A stretch of 63,845 nucleotides of DNA, counting the filler, from Intoshia linei (Eukaryota > Animalia > Orthonectida): assembly GCA_001642005.1 (NCBI GenBank). It is 5 parts of 5 records of this genome, joined end to end, with 100 filler letters (N's around TTAATTAATTAA, not from the genome) between each part and the next. Parts side by side here need not be neighbours in the genome. Positions count along the whole stretch, not along the records: positions 47,887 to 52,492 come from LWCA01001901.1; positions 52,593 to 62,183 come from LWCA01001352.1; positions 62,284 to 63,845 come from LWCA01002582.1; 2 more parts are not named here. One strand, given 5' to 3'. A program made the translations under genes and the position numbers. Of the stretch, positions 49,074 through 63,030 are shown one piece after another. Each line of letters begins with the position of its first letter. The first letter of the stretch is position 1. The notes beneath the pieces are model-generated. The model made no database searches. It worked only from the letters and a program-made list of their open reading frames with translations, and was not told where the DNA came from.

Positions 49074-52000
49074 TTGTTCATTTTATCACATTCTTGTACA
49101 TCCAAATTTGTACAATTGAAATTATATCGCTTTATCGTCTATCGCTTTTTCAATGTTATATGTTATGTTACTCAGTTTAATCATGGACTCATTGGTATCA
49201 TTTCAATATTAATCAAATTTTAAATACAAATATACTATTATAATTTCGTATTTATATTCAAAATGGCACAAGTAAATAAATAAAAAGTTCACATTATTAT
49301 TATTTTGTTATACTTTATGATAAAGTTTATCATATGAATTTCTATAAGAAATTGTCTACTCGTTAATTCAAAATGGCACGAGTAAATAAATAAAAAGTTC
49401 TCATTATTATTATTTGTCTGGATTTACTATGGTGTTCACACCAGAGAATATTTTTTATCCAATTCAATTTAGTTTAGTTATGAAGTTTATTTTTTTACGA
49501 TTATTTGATTTACGATCCTTTGATAGTGCTTTTATATTGTTGAAAAGCGATGTATAATTGAATTTAATAGGCCTACACCTCCATTAATAACTACAGCGAA
49601 TGCTCGTAATTTTCAAATGAAGTGGTACGAAAAAATCGATTGGTTATGTGGAAGTATAGTAACTATGAAAGTATACTGCTGGCCTTGTTTACTTTTTAAA
49701 CCAAAATTAAGTCAATCTTGGTCAGATAGCGGATATAATAATTTTCGAAATATTTTATGAGATAGTAAGTGGCACAGTAAATCACAATCTCATCTACATA
49801 ATTACAAATGCCTTAAAATATTTGGAAAGATAGATATTGAATCTGCTCTTAATGAACGGCCAAATTAAAAAAATAGGCAGTACCTGAAACATTTAACCAA
49901 TGCTATATTATATCTTTGCAAACAAGAAATGCTATTAATCAAGAAACTATAAAGAACTGGTAAAATAGATAGTTCATTTGAATCGATATTATTAACCAAA
50001 GATAGATCATATTTTACGGGTGTTTCAAGCACAATTCAAAATGATATTATATTTTCAATAGACAAGGTCACATATAATGAAATTTATAACGAAGTTGAAT
50101 GTTGCCCTTATATATCTGTTCATGCTGATGAAACAACAGATTGTGCAATGTATGCTTAACTATCTATTATAATTAGATATGTTTATAAATCTAAAATAAT
50201 TGAAAGATTTATGGGCTTTTTTGATGTCAGTAATGATAAAAGTGCATTGAGGTTAGCTGGTGTAATAGAATCATCTTTAATTTCCTATAGTGGAATACGA
50301 AATAAATTGATATGTCAGACTTACGATGGTGAGGCAGTTATGTCAGGTCATTTAGATGGAGTTAGAGCAAAATTAAAATATAAAGGATTTAAATATGCTT
50401 ATTTCATACCCTGTTTTGCTCATAGATTAAATTTGGTGATTAGTAAAAATATTTAAAAGGTTCATGGAGTTAAATTGTTCTTTACTCAAACTAGATCATT
50501 TAGCAAATTTTCTTGAAAAAGTACCAAACGAAGAGCTATTTTACGCACTTATAAAATTAGCATTCTATTTGTATCTGAAACACGATGGTGTTATAGATGC
50601 CGAACAGTATCATATATAAAGAATTCCTTAAATGTATGAAAAAATGTATTGTAAGATTTTCTTAATAATACTCAATCATGGGATGATGATACCTTATTTG
50701 TAGCTGATACATTGTTATGAAAATTGAACGACTTTACCTTTGTTTTTTTTCTTAATTGTTTTGATGATATATTGTCTAATGCTGGTATTTTGTTTGACGT
50801 ATTACAGATGAAAAAATTAAATATGAAATTTGGATAATCTAAAATCAAAGAATTTGTTGAAGCGTTACGTACTGATGAACATTTCGAAGGTATTATTGAA
50901 CGGACAAATAATATTTTAAATTCTAATGACATTGATTATCATGTAACACTACCACGAAGGCAAATCAATTATAAATTAAAATTTTTTGAAATTGTAGATA
51001 ATGTACTAGTTACTTTAAGACAAAGATTTGCTTTTATGGAAGAATAAAATTTTTTCGAATTAATTGATATCACCAAATTCAATGAATTTTCTATTTTATT
51101 TCCGGCTCATCATATATCGGCGTTGAACTCAATATATTCTGATATTTTTGATATATCATCTTTAACTAGCGAATTAAAATATATATACGCCGATGAAGAT
51201 TTTAAGAAATGTAGCTCAATTCAGAAATTATTGGAATATATATAGAACTGATCTATTAAATTTCTTAAAAGAGAGTGTAAAATGTATGGAATTATTACTC
51301 ACTATCCCTATAACTTCGGTTTTTAATGAAAGAAGTTTTTCGACGCTCAATAGAATTAGATCATATCTGAGGTGTACAATGGTGCAAGATAGACTCTCCA
51401 GTATGGCCAGAATATCTATTGAAAAGTAATTGTTAAATAAAATGGAGAACTACATTCTCGGATTATTAATGAGTTTGCCATTAAACCACGTTTATTAGAA
51501 TATATGTATAAATAATAGTTATAGATAATAAAATTTAATTTAAAGTTAATTAATTGTAGTGATATTAAGTTTATATATGTTTCGTTTCTATGGTATTGTG
51601 TTGAGCACGAGTAACGTTTTGACCTCAGAGTCGCCACTGCTCTGAACCATCCATATCCGCGGATGAGAGGCAAGATATGCTAAGTTCTGTAGATAAACTA
51701 ATTGCATATACTCAAAAACAAGAAATGAAATCAGATTATAATAACTTATATAGTTTAAAAAAATATTATTAATCTCAAAAAATTAAATGTTAATCTTATT
51801 CTCAACATTTTTATTTGTATCATTTTTATCAACATTCAGTGTAAAATATTTAAGTTATTATTTTTACAGTTTATAGTCTTCGGTTTTGTATATAATATTT
51901 TTAATGTTATACAATGTAATTATACTTATAATAAAAATAATTAAACGTTAAATAATAATTTTAGTTTTCACTGTCGATATAATAACTAAATAAAAATCAA

Positions 52001-55000
52001 ATAATTAATTTTTTTTTAAAAAATTCTAAAAAATATGCTATTAATTCAGTATAAATATTTAATATGAATTTTTCAAATAGTAAATAGAATAAACTTGTAC
52101 TCGAGTTATTGTTAAATTTAATAGATTTAATAACGAGTATACTTAATAGCGAGGCTACATCGACAAACAACATGAAATAAAAATTTTTTGGATGTACTAC
52201 TTACATTACACGTAAAATTAACTTTTTCGGGTTACCCCTGGACGAATCTTGTTCAATATCAAGGATATAAGTGATAGACATAAATTTCAAAAATTAAGAT
52301 ATAGGAAGGTATCAATTAAAAATATTTAATAAAAAAAGTAATAATTAGATAAATTTAAAATTTATTTTTTATTGAACACCACCAAAAAAATTCAGAAATC
52401 ATATTTAATGATCTACATCTTCCAAAACGTCCTTCATGTAATATCATAGTTTGATGAAATTGTTCACCCTTTTCGTCTGACCACATACCGCANNNNNNNN
52501 NNNNNNNNNNNNNNNNNNNNNNNNNNNNNNNNNNNNTTAATTAATTAANNNNNNNNNNNNNNNNNNNNNNNNNNNNNNNNNNNNNNNNNNNNTACATGTT
52601 TTGATTTAGTGAGACGCCCTAATATATATAATATTATATATATTTTTTTTATTTAACTTACAAATAATCCAATACAATAAACCTAATTTTAAAAAACTTT
52701 AAAACCTTTTTTATTCCATAATATTGACATTTCCTCCTGCTAAATATACCAATTAACCATAAAGACAATGTAACAATCCACATTCCACCAAAATCACAAG
52801 CTGTGTTTATTAACGTCATAAAAGATCCGCCAATAAGAACATCGCTAATTTGCGAATGAAATGACATGATTGGTAAAAATGAAATTTGTTGAAAAATATC
52901 AACTAAAACTCCATACATGAACATGTAAACGTAAATACTTTTTGGAGGGTTGAATTTATTTATGTTTATGCTATTTAGCCCATACTGATCATGAAGGTAA
53001 TTCAATTTTGCTTGCTTCTGTGACAAGTCTCTTAAATATAGGCAAACATAATGTACACTAATTGCTAATAGAAATGTCAAAAACGAACGCAAAACTATTG
53101 AATTCAGCCATAATATTAAAGGATTTTTTTGTAATCTTTTGGCAAATCTAGAAAATATGTAAGATAGTAATATGTTCACAAATATTAGTGGTAAGGTGAT
53201 TATAGAGTAAATATCAATTAATATTCCTGCATCAATTAAACGCAATAATGCAATTTTTTCCGCAGCCAGAAACGGTATCTAAAAATTCAAAATTATCAAA
53301 AAATTATATAAAAAAAATTAAAAAGGATATTTTTAATAGTAAATCAACAAAATTAATTATAATTCAATATTCATGTCTCCTACACCTCAAGCAGTTTTTC
53401 TTCATCACTTTTTGATTTTTGAACCCAAGAACGAAGACGAAATTAAAAAAAATATGTTAACATTACCAAAATTATGTGTAGTTCAGATTCTGTACTCAAG
53501 GAAGATCAAGCAATGAAGATTTAAAAAATGAATGATCTATGTTATTTTTAAGCTAATAGGCATGGAAACGAAGACAAACGAAGTTGTACTTGTTAACATA
53601 CTCAAAAAAATTCAATCTGAATAAATGATGCCTTCACAGTTTAAAAGGTACTTTAATATTCATTTTTTTTATTTTAATACAATTTTATTAAAACAAAAAA
53701 TTCAAAATAATTTATAGTCCTACACTTAAAAAAATGACTATTCTGATAGAGTTTATTCCATTTGATATAAAAACAAAATTTCAACCCCAGAAATCTACGC
53801 ATTCCCCGTGAAAAATAAATTTTAATATATTATCAACCAATATTTTTCAAATATTTCGATTTAACATGTAGATAAAATTGAAATTGTAAATATTAATTTT
53901 ACTATTTTAAAAAAAATGTGTATTGAACGTCTACACATTTTCAATAAAAAAATATGGGTGAAAATTTATATAATTCATTGCTTAGGATTTTTTTTCATTG
54001 CTACGCAATTTTTCATTCTCAAATACTCATTTTTAAAAAATTTAACGAATTTTATTTTAAAATTACAACTTTGTTATCATCATTTTTAAATTTTATTACT
54101 ATGCTTTGCAATGTTATAAAATTCATCCGAAATATGTTTTTAAACTGCTGATTCCGTTAATTATTGATGCATAATTGATATTTTTAATTATTTATTAAAT
54201 TGTTAATGTTAATCATGGTAGATTAAATTTTAATTTATAATATTCTAATTAGATAATTCCCCTCGGTAGAGCTAGGTGCTGTTTGTACGTAGTACAAAAC
54301 ACCCAAGCTAGTAAAATATATAATGGTATATACAATTTTTACTAGTTTTGTAATAGTAATTTAAAGTATTTTCTACACTTATAATGTATATATGTTATTA
54401 TATATAATATAATAGTAAAAAATTATTAAGTTAAATGTATTTAAATGGCAATTACCTTTGATATCAAATGAATAACAATTAGTTTGAGTATTGGTTTGTG
54501 TTTTAATAAACGTAAAAAGTGGAGATAGGTTATTTTTAAATTATATTTCTCTTTGATATCCTTTTCTTTTTTAAATATTGCAAAGCATATTGCTGTAATG
54601 AATATTATTGCAGAGAGTATATACAAATAGGCTAAAATTTTATTTTAAATTAAATAGTTTTAATGAATAGTGTCTATAATAAATTATTTACAATTCGTTT
54701 TTAAAACATAGAGTTTGAATAATGATAATCAATATGTATGAGAATAATTAGAATATAGTATGTACTTTATTATTACAAAAGCAGTACAAATTGTATCGCC
54801 ATTTGCAATTACAAATTTACAAATTATGTAGTAATATTGAATTTCAAAACTTTTTTTATATTTGGCCTTTACCAGATCTAAATTTCAAACGTTTCAATCT
54901 TATAAATTACTCTTGATTTTTATAGTTTCATTCAAAAAAATTTGTAACTATAGATTTTCAAATTTAATTTAAAGTTAAACTTTTCTAAGAATTTTCTAAA

Positions 55001-57708
55001 TATTAATATCACATTAATCTGATTCATTGACAATTTTCTGTTGATTTTATTTAGTTTAAATAAATAATTTTTCTTGAATTTAATTTATTTTTAAAATATA
55101 CATGAAACATCCGCTTTGGAAGAGTTAGCTAGCAGTGTTTATAGGTAGTATAAAACAAGCTACTAGCTAGTAGTATAATAAATATAATATAAACCAGCCA
55201 TTCTCAACGGGGTCCATGAAAATTATATACATTTATTAGATATTATATACATTTTGAGTAACAAAGTCGTTTTTAAATCATTAAGTCTCAGAAATACTAA
55301 TATAAAACGTGCAAATCATGTAAAAGTAGATTCTTTGGTATTAAATTAAATTACTTAATAGTGTAAAAACTTATTATGAAACCTCCATTGTTCTATTTTA
55401 GGAGCAGCGATTTTATTTAATTATTTGATTAAAATTTATGACCGAATAAAGTTTCTAGTCATAAAAAAAGGTTTAAATTTCAAACTGAAAATGGGACAAA
55501 AAATCAGTCTATATACATGATTCTATGAAACATCAACTAAGGGATATAAAATATTAATTTTTCACAGGGAAGATAGATAATAGACTTGTTATTGATCTGA
55601 TAAAATATATAGTAAACAATTAATAATGTACTGTAAACAATACCTGAAAAAAACATGTTCCATTTTGGGAACATTGACGGGTTAAAGTTTATTATATTAA
55701 TAGTTCATCAAGTTTATCATCTTGCAAAACTAGAGTACTCCATGTCTTTTGACCATTATTGGTTTCACCCAAATGTAATGATTCATTAAAAATTTTCATT
55801 ATTATTCATATTTTTGGGGGTCCATAGCGAAAAAGGGTTGAGAATGCCTGATATAAACCAACAATTATTGGTATCTGTATATTCTTTTTTACATTAAAAA
55901 ATTACTTTGAATGGATATAATTGCCAATGTGTTTGATTGGGTTGTTTCAGTAGCCCCGTACATGAATGTTTTGAAATTATTAATTAAATCTCGTGATGTT
56001 AACATAAAGAACAAATTGACAGATACAACAAAGCCAACACATTTTGACATACTTCTGCTTATAGAGAAAATAGATTTATTCTTTCTAAGGTGAATTATTT
56101 AGACAAAATGTGAAATGCATATTTAATATTTTATAAATGAAAAATTTATTTTTGAGTTAATAATAGTTGGAAATTTTTGATGATTCATATTTTGAAAAAA
56201 AGATTCAATTAAAATTTTTAAATATAACAACTAATTATATATTGGTTAATAATCAGTGCTGAGTGAAATGCTCATACCAAGCAATATATTTTCACTCACT
56301 TCATTTCAGATGTTATCTTATCGTCACATATTTCACTTAAAATTGTAATATTATATATAAATGACTCAACTGTGTCCCACGAGCCATTTTTGTGACCCAC
56401 CAAATATTTTAAATAATTTTTAAATGTTGTCTTTGTTTAAAAAATTTTCTGATAATGACATAAAAACTGCGTCCCGCCATGGTGTTATTATTATGTTATA
56501 TTGATAAAATATGATCATTCTGAAAAAATGGTTGAGAACCATCGGGCTCATGGACGTAGGTGAAACAATTTTGATATTTAATTAGATTCTCATGAAATAA
56601 AAATGTTTTCAAGGGTTATTTATCTGATAATATCAACTTCACATTCACTTTTAATTAAACTGTTTTTGTCGATATATACAATTGTAATTGATATAATTTT
56701 TGCAGGAAATACTACAATCTTTGCTGTAAAGATGTACAGAGTTTGCTGTACAGAGAGCAAAATACAGCAATTCCGGTGCGCCCCTGTTAATAATATATAC
56801 AAGTATAATATAATAATATATATTATATATAGTATAATATAATAAGTATATAGTATAATATACAATATATATTGGATAATATATACAATGAGGCTGAGAT
56901 TTACTATAATGTTAATCATTTTAAAACGCGTCCCAGAGTGTATGTTTTATGTAATCATTGTTCTGATTTATTTTTTAAACAAAAGGAAAAATTGGGTTCT
57001 TGGCCCTGTAGCATTCAAATTTTGAAAATGAAAAATAGATATAAACACGGCCTGGGAAAAACTGTATTAGAAATTGGGTTTTTTTAAATTTTAAGACTGT
57101 CAATTTTTTAAATAAACGGTAACACAGACACAAACATACATTCAGTTTAATATAATTAAATGATATTAGTTTAATTATATTACTCGGATAATATTGTTAC
57201 GCACCAACCATCCAGTGAAATGTCTTGTAATGAAGCCATAAAATTCATGATGAAAAATATAATAATGAATCCATTAATATTTCCGTTAAAATTAATTTCG
57301 TCATTTCCAAGCAAAGTTTCCAAATTATAAGCAAGAAAAGCTAAGCACAAACTAATACATAACTGAGATGGAATTATCCAACTAAATTTCTATTTAGATG
57401 TTTTAAAAAATCACCACCTCTAATAATAAAAATATAAATTTATATTACAATAGATCATTAATGGAATATTACCTTTTTCTGCGGCCAAAAAATGGCAATT
57501 TTAAGCCATCAACAATGGGACCCCATAGTATTTTAATAGTAAATGGCCATAAAGCCATATTGAGATATGCTTGATTTTGTAGAGGCATATGCCTTTTTTG
57601 AAATATGTAAGAAAATGCCATAAAGAAACCCATTGGTAAAAATTGTAGAGTATATAAAATCATTAGTTGTGAAAGAACTAGTATATTTTTCAATTTTTCT
57701 CTGTTCAT
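49074..57708 (-). CDS. SLC33A1: Acetyl-CoA transporter 1 (SLC33A1/AT-1); 3' end unresolved
   Basis: LYTLQFLPMG, WPFTIKILWGPIVD..FGRRK, SWIIPSQL, LQDISLDGW and FHSQISDVLIGGSFMTLINT..GGMW. An in-phase exon 49138-49074 (NCTNLDVQEC) continues the Cys-rich loop. Confidence 0.85.
49470..51639 (+). pseudogene. hAT transposase pseudogene (ZMYM1/Tip100-like) with right TIR
   Basis: WYEKIDWLCGS..YCWPCLLF, SVHADETTD, QTYDGEAVMSG, PCFAHRLNL and TIPITSVFNERSFSTLNRIRSYLR. Multiple stops and frameshifts. TIR AGAGTCGCCACTG. Confidence 0.9.
53580..54311 (+). mobile_element. Helitron-like family copy in an SLC33A1 intron
   Basis: Hairpin TTTGTAC-GTA-GTACAAA then CTAG|T at 54308-54312. Confidence 0.7.
55195..55850. 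mobile_element. hAT (Charlie-like) MITE
   Basis: CAGCCATTCTCAAC / GTTGAGAATGCCTG with perfect TSD ATATAAAC. Confidence 0.85.
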
Positions 57709-58124
57709 TTCTTTGATAGCAACTATGTGAGTTTCTAAAAATTATTATGATACTTGGATGAAAATGAAATTTTCAGTTACGAACATTTTTAATGTGATAT
57801 AATATCGTTTTTATCAGCCCTTGAATCAATCTATGACTATTAACTACAAAGGAAAACAGACTTATGTGAAAGATGCGGTACGATTCAATCAATAATCCTT
57901 AGTTCCTCAGTGGCAGCAATGATGACAAGGACAATTTAAGCAGCTGGAAAGCAAATATGTTCTAAATGTCAGGATATCGGAAACTATACAGGTGATTGCA
58001 ATAGAAGACACAAGTTTCCACTTCGTGAAGAGGAAGATATAATATAGTTACATTAGTTGTACAATGTACAACATGAAAGTGAAGTTCAGTGTTCTTAAAT
58101 TAAATGTATGACAAGTACTTTATC

Positions 58125-58671
58125 CAGAGATGGCCAAATTATGGCGCACAATGGTTATCTAACAAAATGTAATATATTAGATTAAACCAATGGTTTTCAA
58201 CCTTTTTGTGTTCGCAGCCCCTCTTATAAACATAAAAAATTTTTGGGTCGCGAAAATTTTTTATATACTTCAAACATCTTATCAATTCATATAAATGAAA
58301 ATATTAAAAAAGCATATTCAGTTTTATTTATATTTTATACTGTGTCCAAATTCTCACAACCCCCGGTTGAAAACCACTGGATTAAACTGAAGACAGTGAT
58401 GTGAAAAAAAATTTTGGTCCATCATAACATAATATCTATACGTATATCAACAATTTTAGCTAAATATTTCAGATTTATTTTTTGGCAATGCTGTACGTCC
58501 GTGATGCTAACAATGTAAATACTAAATTTCACTGTAAATTGAAAACACGCCTATATTTTTTGTTGAGCTATAAAATATGTCAATATAATTGAATTTTATA
58601 TACATTGTGGCCCACTTGATTCAAAATTTTGTGGAATGTGGCCCGCGAGTTAATTAAGCTGGTCACCTCGG
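58125..58671. mobile_element. Older hAT MITE containing a nested MITE
   Basis: CAGAGATGGCCA / TGGTCACCTCGG, TSD ACTTTATC/ACTTAATC (7/8). Confidence 0.6.
58188..58379. mobile_element. hAT MITE
   Basis: CAATGGTTTTCAACC / GGTTGAAAACCACTG with perfect TSD GATTAAAC. Confidence 0.85.
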
Positions 58672-59344
58672 ACTTAATCGAATCAATCTTTTCACATATA
58701 CTATTATTGTATATATAGGTTGTATGGTATATATTAGGGTGTTTCACTAAATCAAACTATGTAAAACTTTAGGTCAAATTAGGTTTAATTTGGTTTAGAA
58801 ATCACTATGCCGAAAAAAAATTTTTATAAAAATTTGTTTTGAAGTGTCGCAGGTCATTTTTATAACCTCGTACAAAATTTTCGATAAAAATTAAAACTGA
58901 AATTTATTCACTAAACCACTGAAATTTGTTTTAAGCTAAGGTTAAATGTGTTATCATATTAATTAGTCTGCTCCCACTATATATTTTAAATTTTTAAATT
59001 ACGATGTAGCTTAATTATTTGTGATTAATATTGGGTTTTTATCATTTCTAAAAATTAAGAAAATGCAGCAGCTTCATGTTACAAGTGATAAAGTTTTTGA
59101 CAAGAATACTTAATACCGAGAAAAAAGTAATTTTAACCTTTAATAAAGTGCCTCAGGGTATTTTTACCTCATTTATAAATGACACCCCATTTTTATATTT
59201 CTCTAAATAAAATGAATTTAAAGCTTCACTTATTTTAATTTTTTCATAATAATACTAAGTACTACTACGATTTGTATTCATGGTATTTTAATATGAAATT
59301 CATGTAATATGAAAATATATTAAAGTAATACATTATTTTTTTTA

Positions 59345-59650
59345 GTCTTGGCCCATAAGATATAATTTTTTTAAATTTAAATTTATGAAAATGTTTATGA
59401 TTTTAAAATTCGTAACAGCGTATATATTTTTTTAAATTCTCCAACTTGTTTGATTTTCAAAAAAAAGTAGAATTGGGGTTTTTGACCGGCAAGATGTGAG
59501 TTTGGAAGGTTGAAATTTATTTTGCGAACACCCCCAGAAAATACTGTAATTGAAATGTGGACTTTATAAAGTTCTAAGACGGGTAGTTATTTAAATAAAG
59601 TGGAACACACACACAAACAAAAATTGCGTAGCATATTATATAAGTTAGGA
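59345..59650 (-). mobile_element. Helitron-like family copy (5' part)
   Basis: Ends GCATATTATATAAGTTAGGA|T with a (CA)n tract. Confidence 0.65.
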
Positions 59651-60783
59651 TTTTAGTTTTTGTAAAACATTTTTGTATGGAATTTTTAAAATGACAAGCG
59701 CTCCGCTAAAAATTCTCCATAATAATTTTTTTTGGTAACTATAAAACTTTTATACGCAACTTCATGCGTTGGTTGACTATAAAATTTAAAAAAAAAGTAC
59801 TACAATTTATACCCCTATTACGTATATATTCTACAATACTATATATGTAAAATGATTAACGTTGAAAATATACTTAATATAGATTATTCTTCAATATCTA
59901 AACGTAAGTTTTTCAATAATAAAAATTCAATCTTTCAATGTTCGTCAGTGTATTTTAAAGCAATGAATATCTGTTCAAACAAATTTATTTTTAAAAAAGT
60001 TTATAAATGACATACTTCACAAGTTGCAAATATAATTGAATTATACGAATTAAAAAATTGACTTATATAACATTTTATTTTACGTGACCAATTTTTACAA
60101 TGACCTTTATTTTCAACTCACATTTACCAATATACCCTAATAGAATTAAAATGGAAACACTCATCCTTTTTTATTATATATAAAGTAATTTGTAAATTAA
60201 AGAACATATTGTGTTAATATAAAGTTATATAATATTACGATATCAGTAGTTTTAGATTATATTAACATTGCAATAAAAATATAGTTTAGTTTTAAGTAAA
60301 CTTACTTTGTAAAGTTTACATTATTATAAATGTAACATATTAAATTTACAATTTCGTCATATCTAACAATCTTTTAACAATTAAATTGATTTTTTCAAGA
60401 AAATGAAATATATGATCAAATATACTTATAATAAAATTATTAATAAAAATTATTTTACGTTTCTTGCAGTATATTTGATTTAAAACTGAATATATAAAAC
60501 TAAAAATTAATGGTGACAGCTTAGGTACACAAAGAAAATTTAATCTATTTGAATTTGTATCTAATACAATAATGTTAATTGTTAATAATGCCATTAATTT
60601 CTTGAAATATCATTAACATGAACAATATTAACACATCAATATTTATGATATCCATTATATTGAATATGAAGTATTATTATAAAATTATCCATACATGTAT
60701 AATTTTATTTTAATTTCAAATAATGTGATATAAATAAACTGAGTTTCGCTAGTTAAATATTTATATTGATATATTTCTAAACT

Positions 60784-61024
60784 ATGAAAATTTATGACGC
60801 AAATTTGCAGTTGGACAATTGTGGATATTATTACACAGATAGCAGTGTTACTGGCAACATAATTTTTAATGTATATATGGATTATACAGTCATAGACAAT
60901 ATTATTATTAAATTGCTGGGAAATTATGATATAAGTTCGAAAATTAAAAACAAAACGGACGATAAATATGCAGCTACAATATACAGCAATCAATTTTTTG
61001 AAAAAGAATATAAAATTTTGAATG
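60784..61024 (+). CDS. First exon of an arrestin-domain (alpha-arrestin/ARRDC-like) protein; remainder downstream or unresolved
   Basis: LQLDNCGYYYTDSSVTGNIIF..IDNIIIKLLG...YSNQFFE resembles the start of Arrestin_N. Ends at G|gttaat. Confidence 0.55.
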
Positions 61025-62531
61025 GTTAATTTTAATATTTTATCATTCGTATATATTATCGATCACTAATGTGGGATTGTGTAACTGTATAAAATAATAC
61101 AAATTTTGATTATTTCGTATTTAGATTCATTGATTTAATTATTTATAAAATTGACTTAAAACTATTAACATAAATATATAAGTTAAATGCAGGTATAAAA
61201 ATATCGGTTTTATTTTTGAATGTAAAGATTTTTTATATCATTGTCACATTCGATTTTCGTTTCGATATTTGAAATTAATAGTACGTTTTCAGTGAAGCAT
61301 TAATTTAGTGTTTCACACTGCATTGACATCTCAGACATATTTTTAACCAAAAAGTATTTGTGGCTAAAGTAAAGCGTTAAATTAGATGTTATCATGCTAG
61401 GCTAAATTTCATCATCATTGTAAAAATACTAAAAAATAAATTTTCATTTGTTTGAAACATTATTTGAAAAACTGTTCCATAAGTGTTACAAACAGAATTT
61501 AGGTGTTTAATAAAACTACTTGCGTTTTATTATTGGAAGGTCAACAAAGTTAACAGCACGTTCGGATTAAAATTAGTTAAATGTAGATCCTAAATTATAG
61601 TAAGATAACGATTTAATATAAACGTGTATTAATTAAGTATACAGAAAATTATATTTTGAATATACTTTCTCGTGGCTATAAGCTAGATCTAAATCGAACT
61701 ATACTTTATTAATATTACAGTTGTTATATTGATACACGAATTTTAAAAAACAAAAATCTAGAACATCTTTTTTAAGACGGATATTTTATCATAAAATTCA
61801 ATCTCATAAATTAACATCTTGACTAATCAAAAATTTATTTCATCATGTAACTACAGTATCTACATTTTACAATATTATTTTGTAGTTTTTTTGTGATTTA
61901 TTTCGTAAGCAGTAGCTGGCCGTGCCGAAGCCAGGCGTTTCCAGGTATAATATGAAATATATCAAATTTGAATTTAATTTTATATTATTTCAGAAATTAT
62001 TATCAGAAAAAATACGTACTATCAATTTTAGTTTATTTAGTGTTAAATGTAAAACCAAAAATACTTATCTATGATGATGAAAAAAAATTTTCGGCTTAAA
62101 TTTTATTCCAAATAAACTAAAAATGATACAGTCAAAATCTCATTTAACGAAAATATTAGAAATGTGCTGCTGCACACATGTCTNNNNNNNNNNNNNNNNN
62201 NNNNNNNNNNNNNNNNNNNNNNNNNNNTTAATTAATTAANNNNNNNNNNNNNNNNNNNNNNNNNNNNNNNNNNNNNNNNNNNNTGTATCTTAGAATCTAA
62301 GAGATACATGACCTTGGGTTATATTTTACTAAATAATCATTTTTAGAATGTCCTATTAACAAATTATGCCACAGCAAGAGTATATCAGATATTGGTTAGT
62401 TTATTTTTTAATTTTATGCTATTTATTGCTTTCTCTCAAGAATTATAAAACATTCAAGGTTTTAGAGTTTGTGCTTACAAGACAGCGACCTATTCATTTA
62501 ATGATAATTAATGTCAATCTAGATTCTAGAC

Positions 62532-63030
62532 CAGTGTTTTCCAACCTTTTTTCAGTTACCGTCTCCTTTGGATGAAAATATTTTTAACAACGCCCCATTT
62601 AGTAAAATATATCATACCATATACTTCATAAATACGGTAAACTTTTATTTTAACAATTTTTACTGCGATGATTGTTTGATGTTTTCAGCCAATTCCTTGA
62701 TTGTGGGTTCCTTACGACTAACAAATAATGTGAGATCTTCCCTTTTTACAATTTGAAGACAATTTCTTCTTCTTCTTGCTTAGTTACAAGTTTAGTAATC
62801 CACGCTCTGCCATGTATGATGTATGAATTACACAATGTATTGTAGAAATATTTAATACAGATTTTTTAAAGGCTAAAAATTCTTTATATCGTACTATTAA
62901 AACCGGGGCTCCATCTATTGCACAGGCAATAATATTTTCAATTGTAATATCCATGTCCAACTGAATTACGTGGCGGGCCGCATCATAAAATTGTTGTAAT
63001 AGTGAAGTTACAGTAACAATTCCAACTGAA
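62532..63030 (-). mobile_element. Buster-type hAT remnant
   Basis: TIR CAGTGTTTTCCAACC. Minus-strand IIACAIDGAPVL...TIHCVIH. Confidence 0.75.

Noticed and set aside
52395-52492. Minus-strand coding-like stretch as the SLC33A1 last exon
   Set aside because: SDEKGEQFHQ resembles a transposase motif rather than the transporter; likely a TE remnant beside the gap.
56603-57087. Low-complexity I/Y/L/F-rich ORFs here and elsewhere (e.g. 14596, 21468, 24960, 27347, 60346, 60685)
   Set aside because: Chance ORFs in AT-rich, repeat or antisense sequence with no recognisable motifs.
57940-58010. CSKCQDIGNYTGDC zinc-knuckle-like peptide
   Set aside because: The His is missing and there is no open frame; at most a decayed gag fragment.
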